A DNA stretch of 64,000 bases from Candidatus Cloacimonadales bacterium (lineage in GTDB: Bacteria > Cloacimonadota > Cloacimonadia > Cloacimonadales > JAFGVF01). This document shows positions 1-10,010 of this stretch, piece by piece. Every line of letters starts with the position of its first letter. Position 1 is the first letter of the stretch. The position numbers and the translations under genes are program-made. The notes below the pieces were generated by a model that was given only the letters and a program-made list of their open reading frames with translations, was not told where the DNA came from and did not search any database. The DNA is taken from positions 1,824,001 to 1,888,000 of the forward strand of contig OY762964.1 of the NCBI GenBank assembly GCA_963667035.1. Reading direction: 5' to 3'.

Positions 1-2
1 AT

Positions 3-824
3 GATGGAGATGATGCCGGTATTAAAGCTGCGATACGGGGAGCAATAATAGCATTGGGTACCGGATTCAAACCGTATATTATTGAGTTTCCGGAAGGAGA
101 AGACCCTGACAGTTACCTTCTTAAGATGGGAAATGACAGTTTTCGGTCTTTAATTGATAAAGCATTGCCATTTATAGATTTTTACTCTTTAACGGACAAA
201 ATAAAACTTGACAAAAAGGGTAGATTAAACGAATTACTTCAAGTCTTTAATAGTATCTCCGATGAGATAGCAAAAGATTTGCTAGTCAAGGAGATATCCG
301 ATTCTTTCAAGGTAAAAGAGAGCTCAATAAGAAAGAGCTTATCGGGAAAGAATAGGCAAAGAAAGAGTTCCGAACATGAAGTCAGAAATGAGTCTGTTAC
401 GAAGTTTACTGAAGAGAAATATGTACTTATAGCGACAATAAATGAGAATCTTTATGAACATCTACTTGAAGAAGTAGATGAGAGTTATTTCTTTGTAGAA
501 AAATACAGAAAAATTTTTGATTTCATAAATGTTAATTATAATGATATAATGGGGATTAATGAGCCTTCAGCAATACTGAATCTCACAGAAGATCCTGAAC
601 TCCTAAGTACTTTGAGTGAACTAATCTATGAGGAGTCACCGATAGCTCCCATTGATAAGTTCATTATTGAGATGAAGCTTAGAAAACTCAAAGAAGACTT
701 TGATGTGGTAAGTAATAAGATTACTCAAGATCCAGATAACCAAAGTTTGTACACGGAAAAAGAGTATTTACGAACCCAGATTCGATTACTTGGAAGCCAA
801 GTAATCAGTAAGACATTACAGTAA
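3..824 (+). CDS. dnaG: DNA primase, C-terminal part (5' end outside window)
   Basis: Frame is open from base 3 and reads DGDDAGIKAA (TOPRIM DxD motif), then PEGEDPDS; lies directly upstream of rpoD. Confidence 0.93.
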   Translation, partial: DGDDAGIKAAIRGAIIALGTGFKPYIIEFPEGEDPDSYLLKMGNDSFRSLIDKALPFIDFYSLTDKIKLDKKGRLNELLQVFNSISDEIAKDLLVKEISDSFKVKESSIRKSLSGKNRQRKSSEHEVRNESVTKFTEEKYVLIATINENLYEHLLEEVDESYFFVEKYRKIFDFINVNYNDIMGINEPSAILNLTEDPELLSTLSELIYEESPIAPIDKFIIEMKLRKLKEDFDVVSNKITQDPDNQSLYTEKEYLRTQIRLLGSQVISKTLQ

Positions 825-833
825 GGAGCATTA

Positions 834-2573
834 ATGCTAAGTTACAACGATTGCGTTAAGAAACTGGCGGAATTAGGAAAAGATACCGGATATATCACTT
901 ATAAACAAATAAATGAGATATTGCCGGATAGCCCAATTTTCCTCGACAAGATTGATGAAATTATCGTCGAGCTCAATGATGAAGGTATTGAGGTAATTGA
1001 CGAGACTGAAAAAAGAATTACCAAACGCTCCACAACAAAAAAGGCTGCACCGACCAAAAAATATCAATCCAAGCGATATTATGACGACCCCGTTAGAATG
1101 TATCTCAGAGAAATGGGTAGAGTTCCTCTTCTTGATAGAGAAGGTGAGATAAGAATTGCCAAGAAGATAGAAACCGCTCAGAAAATGATTACTCATAATG
1201 TCTATAAATCTGGTAGTACTCTAAGAGAAATGTTTAACTTCCTTTATAGATTCAAAGAAAAGAGAGTTCGCCTTGATCAAATATTTAAAATGGAATTAGG
1301 TAGCTGGATGGATAAATCTCAGGATGAGAAGCTTGTCACCAGATTCTCTAACATTTTAAAGGATACGGAAGTATATTTCAATGAGATAGGTGAAATACTT
1401 GATAATACGGAATATGACGATACCGGAATTGCAGAGAGACAAGAAGAAATCGATTCAAAGAGAAATTATATAGTAGAACAATACAGTACCCTCTCCTTTA
1501 ACGATAAACTTATCAAACGTATGGTATACCGTGTCAAAAGCCTTGTTGATAGAATTGAAGAAAGCAATAAAGCTATTAGTGATCTTACAAGGATTAAACG
1601 TTATACTATTGATGAGATCTGCACTTACGGCAGAAGAGCCAAGAAATCAGATGAAGACTTTATTGAAGTTAAAGAAGAGACAAACGTTGATCCTACCCTC
1701 TTTATCGAAACTTTGAGAAAAATTAAAAATGCAAGACGTAAAATCAGACGTGTTGAGCTTGAAACTAGAATGACTGCTAACGAGTTAATATTTCTTTCCA
1801 GGGAGATTAGTCGTGGTGAAAAGATGAAAGAGAAAGCTCAGAATGACATGATTGAGGCTAATGTACGACTTGTTATAAGTATTGCAAAAAGATACAATAA
1901 TCGCGGGCTTGATTTCCTTGATTTAATTCAAGAAGGTAATACAGGTCTTATGCGGGCAGTTGAGAAGTACGATTATCGTAAAGGTTATAAATTCAGTACC
2001 TATGCTACTTGGTGGATTAGACAAGCTATTACAAGAGCTATAGCCGATCAGGCTAGAACTATTCGTGTTCCTGTTCACATGATAGAATCCATCAATAAAA
2101 TCAATAGAACAAGTCGTAGGCTAATGCAGAAATTGGGAAGAGATCCATATCCTGAAGAGATTGCAGCAGCTCTCGACATGCCGGTAGAGAAAGTTAAGAG
2201 TATTCTTTCAATTTCTAAAGAACCTGTTTCTTTGGATAAACCTATCGGTAACGACAATGAAGATAGCATTCTTGGTGATTTCATTGAAGATAAGTCAACA
2301 ATCACTCCTGAACGTATGGCTGAGAGAACTCTTTTAAAGAAGCAGGTTGATGAGGTACTTCAAACACTCACAGCAAGAGAAGAAAAGGTTATTAGACTGC
2401 GTTTCGGTATTGATGACGGCTTCCATAGAACATTGGAAGAAGTCGGGCATATCTTCGGAGTTACAAGAGAACGAATAAGACAGATAGAGGATAAAGCTCT
2501 TAAAAAGTTAAGGCATCCTACAAGAAGTCAACAACTTCACGAATTCTTCCGTAACTTTAATGTTAAGGAATAA
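834..2573 (+). CDS. rpoD: RNA polymerase primary sigma factor
   Basis: Region 1.2 [12 protein letters not shown], region 2 [33 protein letters not shown], region 4 [25 protein letters not shown]. Confidence 0.97.
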   Translation: MLSYNDCVKKLAELGKDTGYITYKQINEILPDSPIFLDKIDEIIVELNDEGIEVIDETEKRITKRSTTKKAAPTKKYQSKRYYDDPVRMYLREMGRVPLLDREGEIRIAKKIETAQKMITHNVYKSGSTLREMFNFLYRFKEKRVRLDQIFKMELGSWMDKSQDEKLVTRFSNILKDTEVYFNEIGEILDNTEYDDTGIAERQEEIDSKRNYIVEQYSTLSFNDKLIKRMVYRVKSLVDRIEESNKAISDLTRIKRYTIDEICTYGRRAKKSDEDFIEVKEETNVDPTLFIETLRKIKNARRKIRRVELETRMTANELIFLSREISRGEKMKEKAQNDMIEANVRLVISIAKRYNNRGLDFLDLIQEGNTGLMRAVEKYDYRKGYKFSTYATWWIRQAITRAIADQARTIRVPVHMIESINKINRTSRRLMQKLGRDPYPEEIAAALDMPVEKVKSILSISKEPVSLDKPIGNDNEDSILGDFIEDKSTITPERMAERTLLKKQVDEVLQTLTAREEKVIRLRFGIDDGFHRTLEEVGHIFGVTRERIRQIEDKALKKLRHPTRSQQLHEFFRNFNVKE

Positions 2574-2641
2574 TATATTATCGTCATATTATACTTGACA
2601 GGTCAACACATATAAAAAAGTTATGTTACTGATAATTAAAT

Positions 2642-2717
2642 GGACCTATAGCTCAGCTGGTAGAGCTTCCGGCTCATAACCGGACGGTCAGAGGTTCGAC
2701 TCCTCTTGGGTCCACCA
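2642..2717 (+). tRNA. tRNA with CAT anticodon, most likely tRNA-Ile2 (lysidine)
   Basis: 76-nt cloverleaf: acceptor GGACCTA/TGGGTCC, anticodon arm TCCGG-CTCATAA-CCGGA, GGTTCGAC T-loop, encoded CCA. G1-C72 pairing excludes the initiator tRNA. Confidence 0.93.
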
Positions 2718-2746
2718 GTTTATAATCCCGAAAGGGTACATAGATA

Positions 2747-2778
2747 AAAAGTCCACATCTAGTGGACTTTTCTTTTTT
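2747..2778 (+). terminator. Intrinsic terminator after the tRNA
   Basis: AAAAGTCCAC-ATCTA-GTGGACTTTT followed by a T-run. Confidence 0.75.
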
Positions 2779-2924
2779 ATGAAGTAATACTTGCTTTCCC
2801 TTAATATGCTTATTTGATTCCAATAAAAAAAAGCATGTTTCTCATCCTTAAACATAAATATAATGTAGACATAAAGAAAAGGGTTATATTTATTATGTTT
2901 AGGATTATAGACAAGGCGGGTAAA

Positions 2925-4013
2925 ATGAAAGACAATTTGTTGGAATACATAGAAAGCCATTATAAAACACCTGTTGATTATGTATTAAGTAAATTTGAAA
3001 CGCATGATATAGTAATTCTTGGTGAAATACATAGAGTAAAGCAGCAATTAAATCTATATCATCAACTCATTCCTCTCTTGATAGAGAATGGTGTAAATAT
3101 CATTGCTACAGAATTTGCTCGTAGGGAAATGCAACCAGAGTTAGATAAATTAGTTACTTCTAAGGAATATGATTTAGATTTAGCAAAATACATAACTATA
3201 AAACAAGAAGCTTATTGGGGATTTCAAGAGTATCTTGATATTTATTATCTGGTCTGGAAGTATAATCTGAATAAACCTAGGATAGAGCAAATCAGAATGA
3301 TTGGTCTTAATGATCCAATTAAGTGGAACGTTTATAACAATATTTGTAGAAAGTATAATAGAAAACCGAACAATGAAGAGCTGAAATATATTTGGAAAGA
3401 TTGTGGTGAAAAGTATTGGTTAGATGCTATAAATAATAATTGTTCGATAGGCAAGGATAAGGTACTCGCTATAATGGGATCTCATCATGCTTTTACTAAG
3501 TACAAATTGCCACTCTTTGAAGTACAACAAGGTAAAATAATCCATAAAGGATTTAGTAAAAACTGCTTTGGTAACTACCTTTTTGAAGAATATGGAAATA
3601 GAGTATTTAATATTTGTTTCCATGACCCTTGGCAGCATAAATTTGATAGTAACAAATCAGTACAGCCTGTAGAAGGTATCAATGAAGAAGTAATCTCACC
3701 TAAATATCAGAGCATCGGGTTTGATTTAAAAGATTCTCCGTTTGGTGAATTACCTAGCAATGATTGTATTTATAGCATAGGTTTGCCTGAATATACTATA
3801 AGCAATATGTTTGATGGCTATATTTATACGGGACCACTGAAAGACCTTGCTCCGGTAACTCCTGTTGAAGATTTCTATACAGAAGAAAACTTTTTCTTGT
3901 TTGAGAAGTATACACCTTTCAATGAAGATTATGGTAAAACATATAAAGAAGTTAATCAATCTATTATAGATGATGCAAAGAATATACTAAATTATATTCA
4001 GGACTTTATGTAA
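2925..4013 (+). CDS. Hypothetical protein, EreA/ChaN/Tiki-like hydrolase superfamily
   Basis: DIVILGEIH, IIATE and MGSHH motifs; the in-frame ATG at 2925 is preferred over the TTG at 2814. Confidence 0.6.
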   Translation: MKDNLLEYIESHYKTPVDYVLSKFETHDIVILGEIHRVKQQLNLYHQLIPLLIENGVNIIATEFARREMQPELDKLVTSKEYDLDLAKYITIKQEAYWGFQEYLDIYYLVWKYNLNKPRIEQIRMIGLNDPIKWNVYNNICRKYNRKPNNEELKYIWKDCGEKYWLDAINNNCSIGKDKVLAIMGSHHAFTKYKLPLFEVQQGKIIHKGFSKNCFGNYLFEEYGNRVFNICFHDPWQHKFDSNKSVQPVEGINEEVISPKYQSIGFDLKDSPFGELPSNDCIYSIGLPEYTISNMFDGYIYTGPLKDLAPVTPVEDFYTEENFFLFEKYTPFNEDYGKTYKEVNQSIIDDAKNILNYIQDFM

Positions 4014-4116
4014 TAGTTATCTAGTCGCTACAATAATGATGAGAAAAGAGATAACTAATAATAGTTTCGATGTCTCAGGTGAAAAAATGAGTATCACTCT
4101 ATATCTTTGCTATTTC

Positions 4117-5223
4117 TTAAATCTTATCCAACAAAGATGAATAAATTCCTACTCCAATCTCAATAGCTTTAGCATCAGGTAAGAAATGCGGAGAGTGTAA
4201 TCCGTAATTAGATACTCCTGTTCCTAACCAGAAGAGTAAAGATGGATATATTGACGAATAGAAGCCAAAATCTTCACCTGTCATAACAGTTTCAGCCTCC
4301 ATGAATGTAACATTCGGTAATCCAATAATTGCATCTTTAAATGTATTATAGAGATTATCATTATTGTTAACTGCATCATAGACTGAGACCTCTTGGAATT
4401 TATACTCGGCTCCGGTCATACTCTCTACCGCCTTTCCGGTTGAATGAATCAACTCATCCATTAGCCTATGATTCTCTGCAGACAGAGTTCGATGTGTTCC
4501 TTGTAGCTGAGCTTTACTAGCTAGAATATTCTCAGCATCACCGGAAATAAACTTACCTATATGGAAGATTACGGAATCAGTAGGACTAAACCTTTTTGTA
4601 ATCACTGATTGCATTATGTTATAGAACTGAATCCCCGCATAAATTGCATCAATACCTTTATTAGGAAATGCAGCATGTGAGTTCTTGCCATGAAACTCAA
4701 CAATAAACTCCTCCGGTATCCCAAAGAATATACCCGACTTAGTTGATACCGTTCCTACAGGTAAGTCAGGACTACAATGAAGTGCAAAAGCATTCTTTAT
4801 TGCCCACTTTTCGAGGACTTTACTTTTAATTATATGCTGGGCACCACCCTTTCCTTCCTCTGCCGGTTGAAACAAAAACAGCAGATTCTTCTTCGGTTTC
4901 TGTTTACAAACATGTTGGATAAATCCAATCAAAATTGTAATATGGATATCATGTCCACAAGCATGCATATAACCTTCATGCTTAGAGTGAAACATACATC
5001 CTGTCTTTTCATTTAAAGGCAAGGCATCAATATCGGATCGAAACAGTGAATATTCTCCATCTCCCCCATTGTAAACAGCAAGTAATCCTGTAGGCTTAAG
5101 CTTTATTAATTCAAGTTCTCTAAGACTACTTAAAACGGCATATATATATTCAGTGGTTTTAAACTCTTTAAAAGCAATCTCCGGTATTTTGTGTAAATCC
5201 TCTCTAATTTTGTATAAATCCAT
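4117..5223 (-). CDS. M20D amidohydrolase (N-acetyldiaminopimelate deacetylase-like)
   Basis: REDLHKIPE, RSDIDALP, MHACGHD, FQPAEEG, GEDFG and LHSP motifs; co-oriented directly after asd. Confidence 0.88.
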   Translation of the reverse strand: MDLYKIREDLHKIPEIAFKEFKTTEYIYAVLSSLRELELIKLKPTGLLAVYNGGDGEYSLFRSDIDALPLNEKTGCMFHSKHEGYMHACGHDIHITILIGFIQHVCKQKPKKNLLFLFQPAEEGKGGAQHIIKSKVLEKWAIKNAFALHCSPDLPVGTVSTKSGIFFGIPEEFIVEFHGKNSHAAFPNKGIDAIYAGIQFYNIMQSVITKRFSPTDSVIFHIGKFISGDAENILASKAQLQGTHRTLSAENHRLMDELIHSTGKAVESMTGAEYKFQEVSVYDAVNNNDNLYNTFKDAIIGLPNVTFMEAETVMTGEDFGFYSSIYPSLLFWLGTGVSNYGLHSPHFLPDAKAIEIGVGIYSSLLDKI

Positions 5224-5233
5224 TTCTTATCCT

Positions 5234-6211
5234 TTAAGCATTATTCAACTCATGTAACTTTTTCAAGATTCTTACAGCATTTAAAGCTGCTCCCAGTCTG
5301 ATGTTCTCAGCCACATTCCAGTAAGTTAAAGAGTGCTTATCAACTCCATACCTAAGGCGTGAGACATAGCTATCGGTGCTATTATGTAATTCTATAGGAG
5401 TAATAAAATCGTCATTTTTACATGATACCGCCGGCATGTTATCAAGTGCTTCTATAGCTGTATCTAAATTAACTTCATTCTTGAATTCGCAATAAACAAC
5501 CTCAGAGTGCCCGGAAACAACCGGAACTCTAACAGTTGTAGCAGAGACCAATATATCCTGTCTTCCAAGAATCTTATTAGTTTCAAATCTCATCTTCTCT
5601 TCTTCCTCAGTGTAAAGATCGTCTCTAAACTCACCGATTTTAGGAATTACATTTCTATGTATTGGTCTATTGTATAGAACACAATCATTACTCCCCTTTT
5701 CCTGGTTCTCCAATTCGACTATTCCCTTTCTACCGCTACCCGATACAGACTGATAAGTTGATACAATGACCTTCTTCAATCCAAACTTCTTATCCAAGGC
5801 AGCCAAAGGAAGTACCATTTGAATAGTTGAGCAATTAGGATTAGCAATGATACCTTGGTAGTTTGTTAACACATGTCCATTAATCTCAGGTACAACGAGT
5901 GGAATATTCTTATCCCTACGAAAAGCACTTGAGTTATCAATTATTGTGTTACCATTCGAAGCCGCAATTGGAGAATATTTCGAGGAAACAGAGCTACCGG
6001 CAGAGAATAGTAAATAATCATATTTATCGGTCATTGCTTTTTCCGTGAGTTCTTCAACAATGTATTCTTCTCCAGCATACAATATCTTCTCTCCTGCGGA
6101 TTTAGATGAGGCAAAGAGCTTTAACTCTTTCACAGGGATACTTAATTCTTCCAAGACTCGAAGCATCATCCTTCCAACTTCACCTGTAGCACCAACAACA
6201 CCTATCTTCAT
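5234..6211 (-). CDS. asd: Aspartate-semialdehyde dehydrogenase
   Basis: VVGATGEVG, NPNCSTIQ, STYQSVSGSG, VRVPVVSGHSE. Confidence 0.96.
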   Translation of the reverse strand: MKIGVVGATGEVGRMMLRVLEELSIPVKELKLFASSKSAGEKILYAGEEYIVEELTEKAMTDKYDYLLFSAGSSVSSKYSPIAASNGNTIIDNSSAFRRDKNIPLVVPEINGHVLTNYQGIIANPNCSTIQMVLPLAALDKKFGLKKVIVSTYQSVSGSGRKGIVELENQEKGSNDCVLYNRPIHRNVIPKIGEFRDDLYTEEEEKMRFETNKILGRQDILVSATTVRVPVVSGHSEVVYCEFKNEVNLDTAIEALDNMPAVSCKNDDFITPIELHNSTDSYVSRLRYGVDKHSLTYWNVAENIRLGAALNAVRILKKLHELNNA

Positions 6212-7002
6212 GATTTTAATCTCCTAAATTCATGTAAGAAACTTTTGACTCTATTAATATCTATTGAGTTACTCCATAATCCTTCTTTCTTAAAATATGA
6301 ACCGACGATAAATCCGTTTGCTAAGTGATAGTAATCTGCTAAATTATCCGCAGTTAATCCTGATCCTATCAATATCGGTAATTCAGTTGTCTCTCTTACT
6401 CTCTTTAACTCTTCTATAGAAGCGGGTACTCCTGTAGAACTACCAGTAATGATTAAACCGTCACTTAGAAAAAACTCGGCAGCATTAGCATGTTCCTCAA
6501 TCAACAAGTCATTTGTTATCATATGTGATGAATGCTTTTTTTTAATATCAGTATAAATACTGACTTTATCCGCTCCTATAGCTTTCCTATATCTTAGAAG
6601 TTCTCCTGCACAACTATTCATTAATCCTTCGTCGGCAATATGACTATAAACATAACCTTCTACTCGAACAAAATCAAGACCGGTTGCAAAGGCAACAGCT
6701 AGAGCTTCTTTATTGCATCCGGCAAGGATTTGAATCCCTATCGGTCTTTCTGTCAGATCTCTTATACTCTTTGCTACAAGAGTCATAGTTGAGACTATCT
6801 CAGGTCCACATTTACTATTAAGATATGGTATATCATGCATATTCTCAATGATAATCCCATCAATACCTTCTTTAACATATTTCTCTGCTTCATTGATTGC
6901 TATCTCAGCTATAACATTAGGTGATAAATTGTTTAATGGTGTTCCCGGCAATGCTCTCACATGCACCATCCCATATACCTTTTTATTTTCATTCATAATC
7001 AT
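6208..7002 (-). CDS. BtpA/SgcQ family TIM-barrel protein
   Basis: GMVHVRALPGTP, IIENMHDIPY, DIKKKHSSH, LIITGSSTG, LIGSG. Confidence 0.88.
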   Translation of the reverse strand: MIMNENKKVYGMVHVRALPGTPLNNLSPNVIAEIAINEAEKYVKEGIDGIIIENMHDIPYLNSKCGPEIVSTMTLVAKSIRDLTERPIGIQILAGCNKEALAVAFATGLDFVRVEGYVYSHIADEGLMNSCAGELLRYRKAIGADKVSIYTDIKKKHSSHMITNDLLIEEHANAAEFFLSDGLIITGSSTGVPASIEELKRVRETTELPILIGSGLTADNLADYYHLANGFIVGSYFKKEGLWSNSIDINRVKSFLHEFRRLKS

Positions 7003-7121
7003 TACCTCTTACACCTAATAAAAACTTTGTTTTAATTAAGGCAAGCAAATAAAGATTCAAGTTTATGATGAGTAAAACTAAGCTTTGTAATTTCAACTTA
7101 TCCTAAAACTTACATTAAAGT

Positions 7122-8228
7122 TTAATCGTCAAAGAATGGTAAAATCATCTGATCATCCGAGTTATCATCTGTATCTAGAGTTGAAACACAGATACCTATT
7201 AGTCTTATTTTTCTTCCTGCTGGCCATGATTCTAAAAAAAGATCTCTAGCTAATCGGAATATTTGTTCTCGACCATTAGTATAGTTTTTCACTGTAGCAG
7301 ACCTATTTATAAGCGTAAAATCGTTGTATTTAACTTTTATAGTTATTGTTCTACCTTTAACATCTTTAGCTTCCATCCTATCTGCAAGTCTATGAGCCGT
7401 TTGCTCTAAAGAAAGCATGATATCAGGTAAATGAGAAATATCTTTGTTAAAAGTTCTTTCCGTACTAATAGACTTTCTAATATGCTCATTATGTACCGGT
7501 CGATTATCTATTCCTCTGACAATATTATAGTAAAAGACACCCACTTTACCGAAGTGATTAATCATCTGTTGGAGACTCAGTTTCTTTAAATCTGCACCTG
7601 TTTTAATACCTAGATAATGCATTTTTGTTTCAGTGGACTTACCAACTCCATGGAATTTACCAATCGGGAGATTCTCAATAACCTCCTCAGCCATCTCAGG
7701 AGTTATAACATATAATCCGTCAGGTTTCTTCATCTCCGAAGCAATTTTAGCTAAAAACTTATTAAATGAAACTCCTGCAGATGCAGTTACTCTAACAGTA
7801 TTTACTATATCCTTCTTTATCATTTCAGCTATCCAAGTAGCCGATGGGATATTCTTTTTATTAACTGTAACATCTAGATATGCTTCATCTATTGATACAG
7901 GCTGAACCAGATCGGTGTAATTGTTGAATATCTCCATAATCTGCTGAGAAGCTTCTCTATAAGCTTCAAATCTTCCTCTAACAAATACAGCATGGGGGCA
8001 TAGTTTAACAGCTTGAAAACTAGGCATTGCAGAATGAATTCCAAATCTTCTGGCAATATAATTGCAAGTAGATACAACCCCTCTACTATTAGGAGGTCCT
8101 CCAACAATTACGGGTTTATCTGCCAGAGATGGATTATCCCTAATCTCAATAGCTGCAAAAAACATATCCATATCGACATGAATAATCTTTCGTATCTCTT
8201 TTTGGGAAGTATCAAATTTTAAAATCAT
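7122..8228 (-). CDS. dinB: DNA polymerase IV
   Basis: IIHVDMDMFFAAIE, SIDEAYLD, NKFLAKIAS, KPDGL. Confidence 0.95.
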   Translation of the reverse strand: MILKFDTSQKEIRKIIHVDMDMFFAAIEIRDNPSLADKPVIVGGPPNSRGVVSTCNYIARRFGIHSAMPSFQAVKLCPHAVFVRGRFEAYREASQQIMEIFNNYTDLVQPVSIDEAYLDVTVNKKNIPSATWIAEMIKKDIVNTVRVTASAGVSFNKFLAKIASEMKKPDGLYVITPEMAEEVIENLPIGKFHGVGKSTETKMHYLGIKTGADLKKLSLQQMINHFGKVGVFYYNIVRGIDNRPVHNEHIRKSISTERTFNKDISHLPDIMLSLEQTAHRLADRMEAKDVKGRTITIKVKYNDFTLINRSATVKNYTNGREQIFRLARDLFLESWPAGRKIRLIGICVSTLDTDDNSDDQMILPFFDD

Positions 8229-8233
8229 AATGC

Positions 8234-8262
8234 ATTATCTGGGGCTGGAAAAGAACTGTCAA
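8234..8262 (-). promoter_or_regulatory. Sigma70-type promoter of dinB
   Basis: Minus strand TTGACA-17 nt-GATAAT, ending 5 nt before the ATG. Confidence 0.6.
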
Positions 8263-8341
8263 AAAAAACTTTACGAATAAGAATATCTAAGATATTTAGA
8301 ATATGTACAAATAGCATCCGGAATAAAGAAATAGAGAGAAT

Positions 8342-8896
8342 ATGGCAAAAACAATTAAAGTATTGAAAAAGCACGACATAACATTACATGATAATGATTT
8401 TGTTATTGTCCCGCTAGAAGCTGATAAAGTTAAGCTTGTAGTTAAGTGGATACGTAAAAGTAATTTACTAACATTCATATTTCCTGAAGACAGATTACAA
8501 AAACTGACTAAGAAAGAGAGACTCGGACATAAGCTGTTCAGAGGTTTAATCATTCAATCGATGATTATTCATTGGAGTCATAAAGGACATGTTTTTTTAG
8601 TTAAAAAAAACGATAAGTTGATAGGATTCACAGCTTCATGGTTACTTGATAAAGATAGAAATGCTTTCCGAATTCCGTTATACTTAATACCTGATGAAAG
8701 GAGAAAAGGTTACGGTTCAAAGATTCTAACAATGGTTGCCGAGTTTATCAAACTCTCTTCACCATCTTCTATTATATTGGTACCAAGTATCCCACAAACA
8801 GAAGACATAATTGTTAATTTTTATAAAAAGAACCACTTCAATATAATCGATAACTCAGAGCAAACCAATTTTACTATGTATAGGAAGAATGTTTAG
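8342..8896 (+). CDS. GNAT family N-acetyltransferase
   Basis: YLIPDERRKGYGSKIL acetyl-CoA motif A and NFYKKNHF motif B. Confidence 0.75.
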   Translation: MAKTIKVLKKHDITLHDNDFVIVPLEADKVKLVVKWIRKSNLLTFIFPEDRLQKLTKKERLGHKLFRGLIIQSMIIHWSHKGHVFLVKKNDKLIGFTASWLLDKDRNAFRIPLYLIPDERRKGYGSKILTMVAEFIKLSSPSSIILVPSIPQTEDIIVNFYKKNHFNIIDNSEQTNFTMYRKNV

Positions 8897-10010
8897 GAAA
8901 ATACTGATACTACTATTTTTGCTAATTCTTGTACATCTTAGTTCTCAAGATAACCTGAACGAGAAGAAAGAGGAACTGAAGAAATTGGAAGATGAACTTA
9001 ATCTATCAAAACAAAAGCTATTGGAAACAGAAAGTTTGAAAAAGAAAAAAGAGAACTCGCTCAGTTCTTCAATAGTTTTGAAAAAACAAACAGAGATACA
9101 GTTAAAAGACTTAGCAAAGAAAGAACGTATGAATAAAGATTCCCTATGGGTTGCTCATGTTAGACTTCTTAATGCTAAGAGGAGAATAAATCGAAGCTCC
9201 GATCTTCTTAACAATGAGTTTCACTATTTGTATTTGGAGGACACAATAGGGGATTTGGATCCTGACTCTATGATAGATGCAATGCTGTTGGCAACTGCTA
9301 CAAGCGTGACTAATAATCTTATCAATACAACTGAAACGAAGAAGAGCGATTTACAAAAAAGTAAAGAAATGAAGGAAGAGGTTTATAATCAAGTTTTTGG
9401 AGCAATGAACCAAGCTAAGAAAGATGAGCTTCATGTTAGTTCAACAGTAAATAAACTTAGAAATGAGGTAAAAAGTCTTGATGAAAGGAAAAAAGCTGAA
9501 GAAATTGCAATCAAAGAACTGGAAGAATCGCTTTCCCAATTGCAGGAGTTAATCACACGACTTGAGAAAGATGCAACAAAAACAGATAGAGATTATAAGT
9601 TTGATAATGAACATCTAAGTTGGCCGGTCAAAGGGAAAATCATAGCAGACTATGGATTGCAAAAAAATCCCTTGCATGGTACAACAACTTTGAATAATGG
9701 AATTGAAATACAGGTAGAAGTTGGTTCCGAAGTTAAAGCTGCAGCGAAAGGCAAGGTAGTATTTGCCGAGAACTATATGCGACTCGGTAATGTCGTTGTT
9801 ATTGATCATTTGAATGGATATATGACAGTTTATTCGTATAACAGTTCTCTCTTAACCAAAAAGGGTGAAGAACTGGAAGAAGGGGATGTAATAGCTTTAA
9901 GTGGAGAAAAGCCACGTTCGGGGGAAGCATGTTTACATTTCGAGATTAGAAAAGATGGGAAGCCAATAGATCCGCTAAATTTTCTAGAGAGAAAAGGAGT
10001 TAGTTTTTGA
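8889..10010 (+). CDS. EnvC-like coiled-coil protein with degenerate M23 domain
   Basis: Signal peptide, long coiled coil, WPVKGKII, NNGIEI and LHFEIRKDGKPIDP; zinc ligands are degenerate. Confidence 0.85.
   Translation: MFRKILILLFLLILVHLSSQDNLNEKKEELKKLEDELNLSKQKLLETESLKKKKENSLSSSIVLKKQTEIQLKDLAKKERMNKDSLWVAHVRLLNAKRRINRSSDLLNNEFHYLYLEDTIGDLDPDSMIDAMLLATATSVTNNLINTTETKKSDLQKSKEMKEEVYNQVFGAMNQAKKDELHVSSTVNKLRNEVKSLDERKKAEEIAIKELEESLSQLQELITRLEKDATKTDRDYKFDNEHLSWPVKGKIIADYGLQKNPLHGTTTLNNGIEIQVEVGSEVKAAAKGKVVFAENYMRLGNVVVIDHLNGYMTVYSYNSSLLTKKGEELEEGDVIALSGEKPRSGEACLHFEIRKDGKPIDPLNFLERKGVSF

Noticed and set aside
873..2305. Short alternative ORFs inside rpoD, and similar ones throughout the window
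   Set aside because: Antisense or off-frame shadows of well-supported genes, with no recognisable motifs.
2688..2960. 90-aa minus-strand ORF
   Set aside because: Overlaps the tRNA and its terminator; the ending WWTQEESNL is just the antisense of the tRNA.
2642..4100. Integrative element at the tRNA
   Set aside because: No integrase and no duplicate of the tRNA 3' end was seen in the window.
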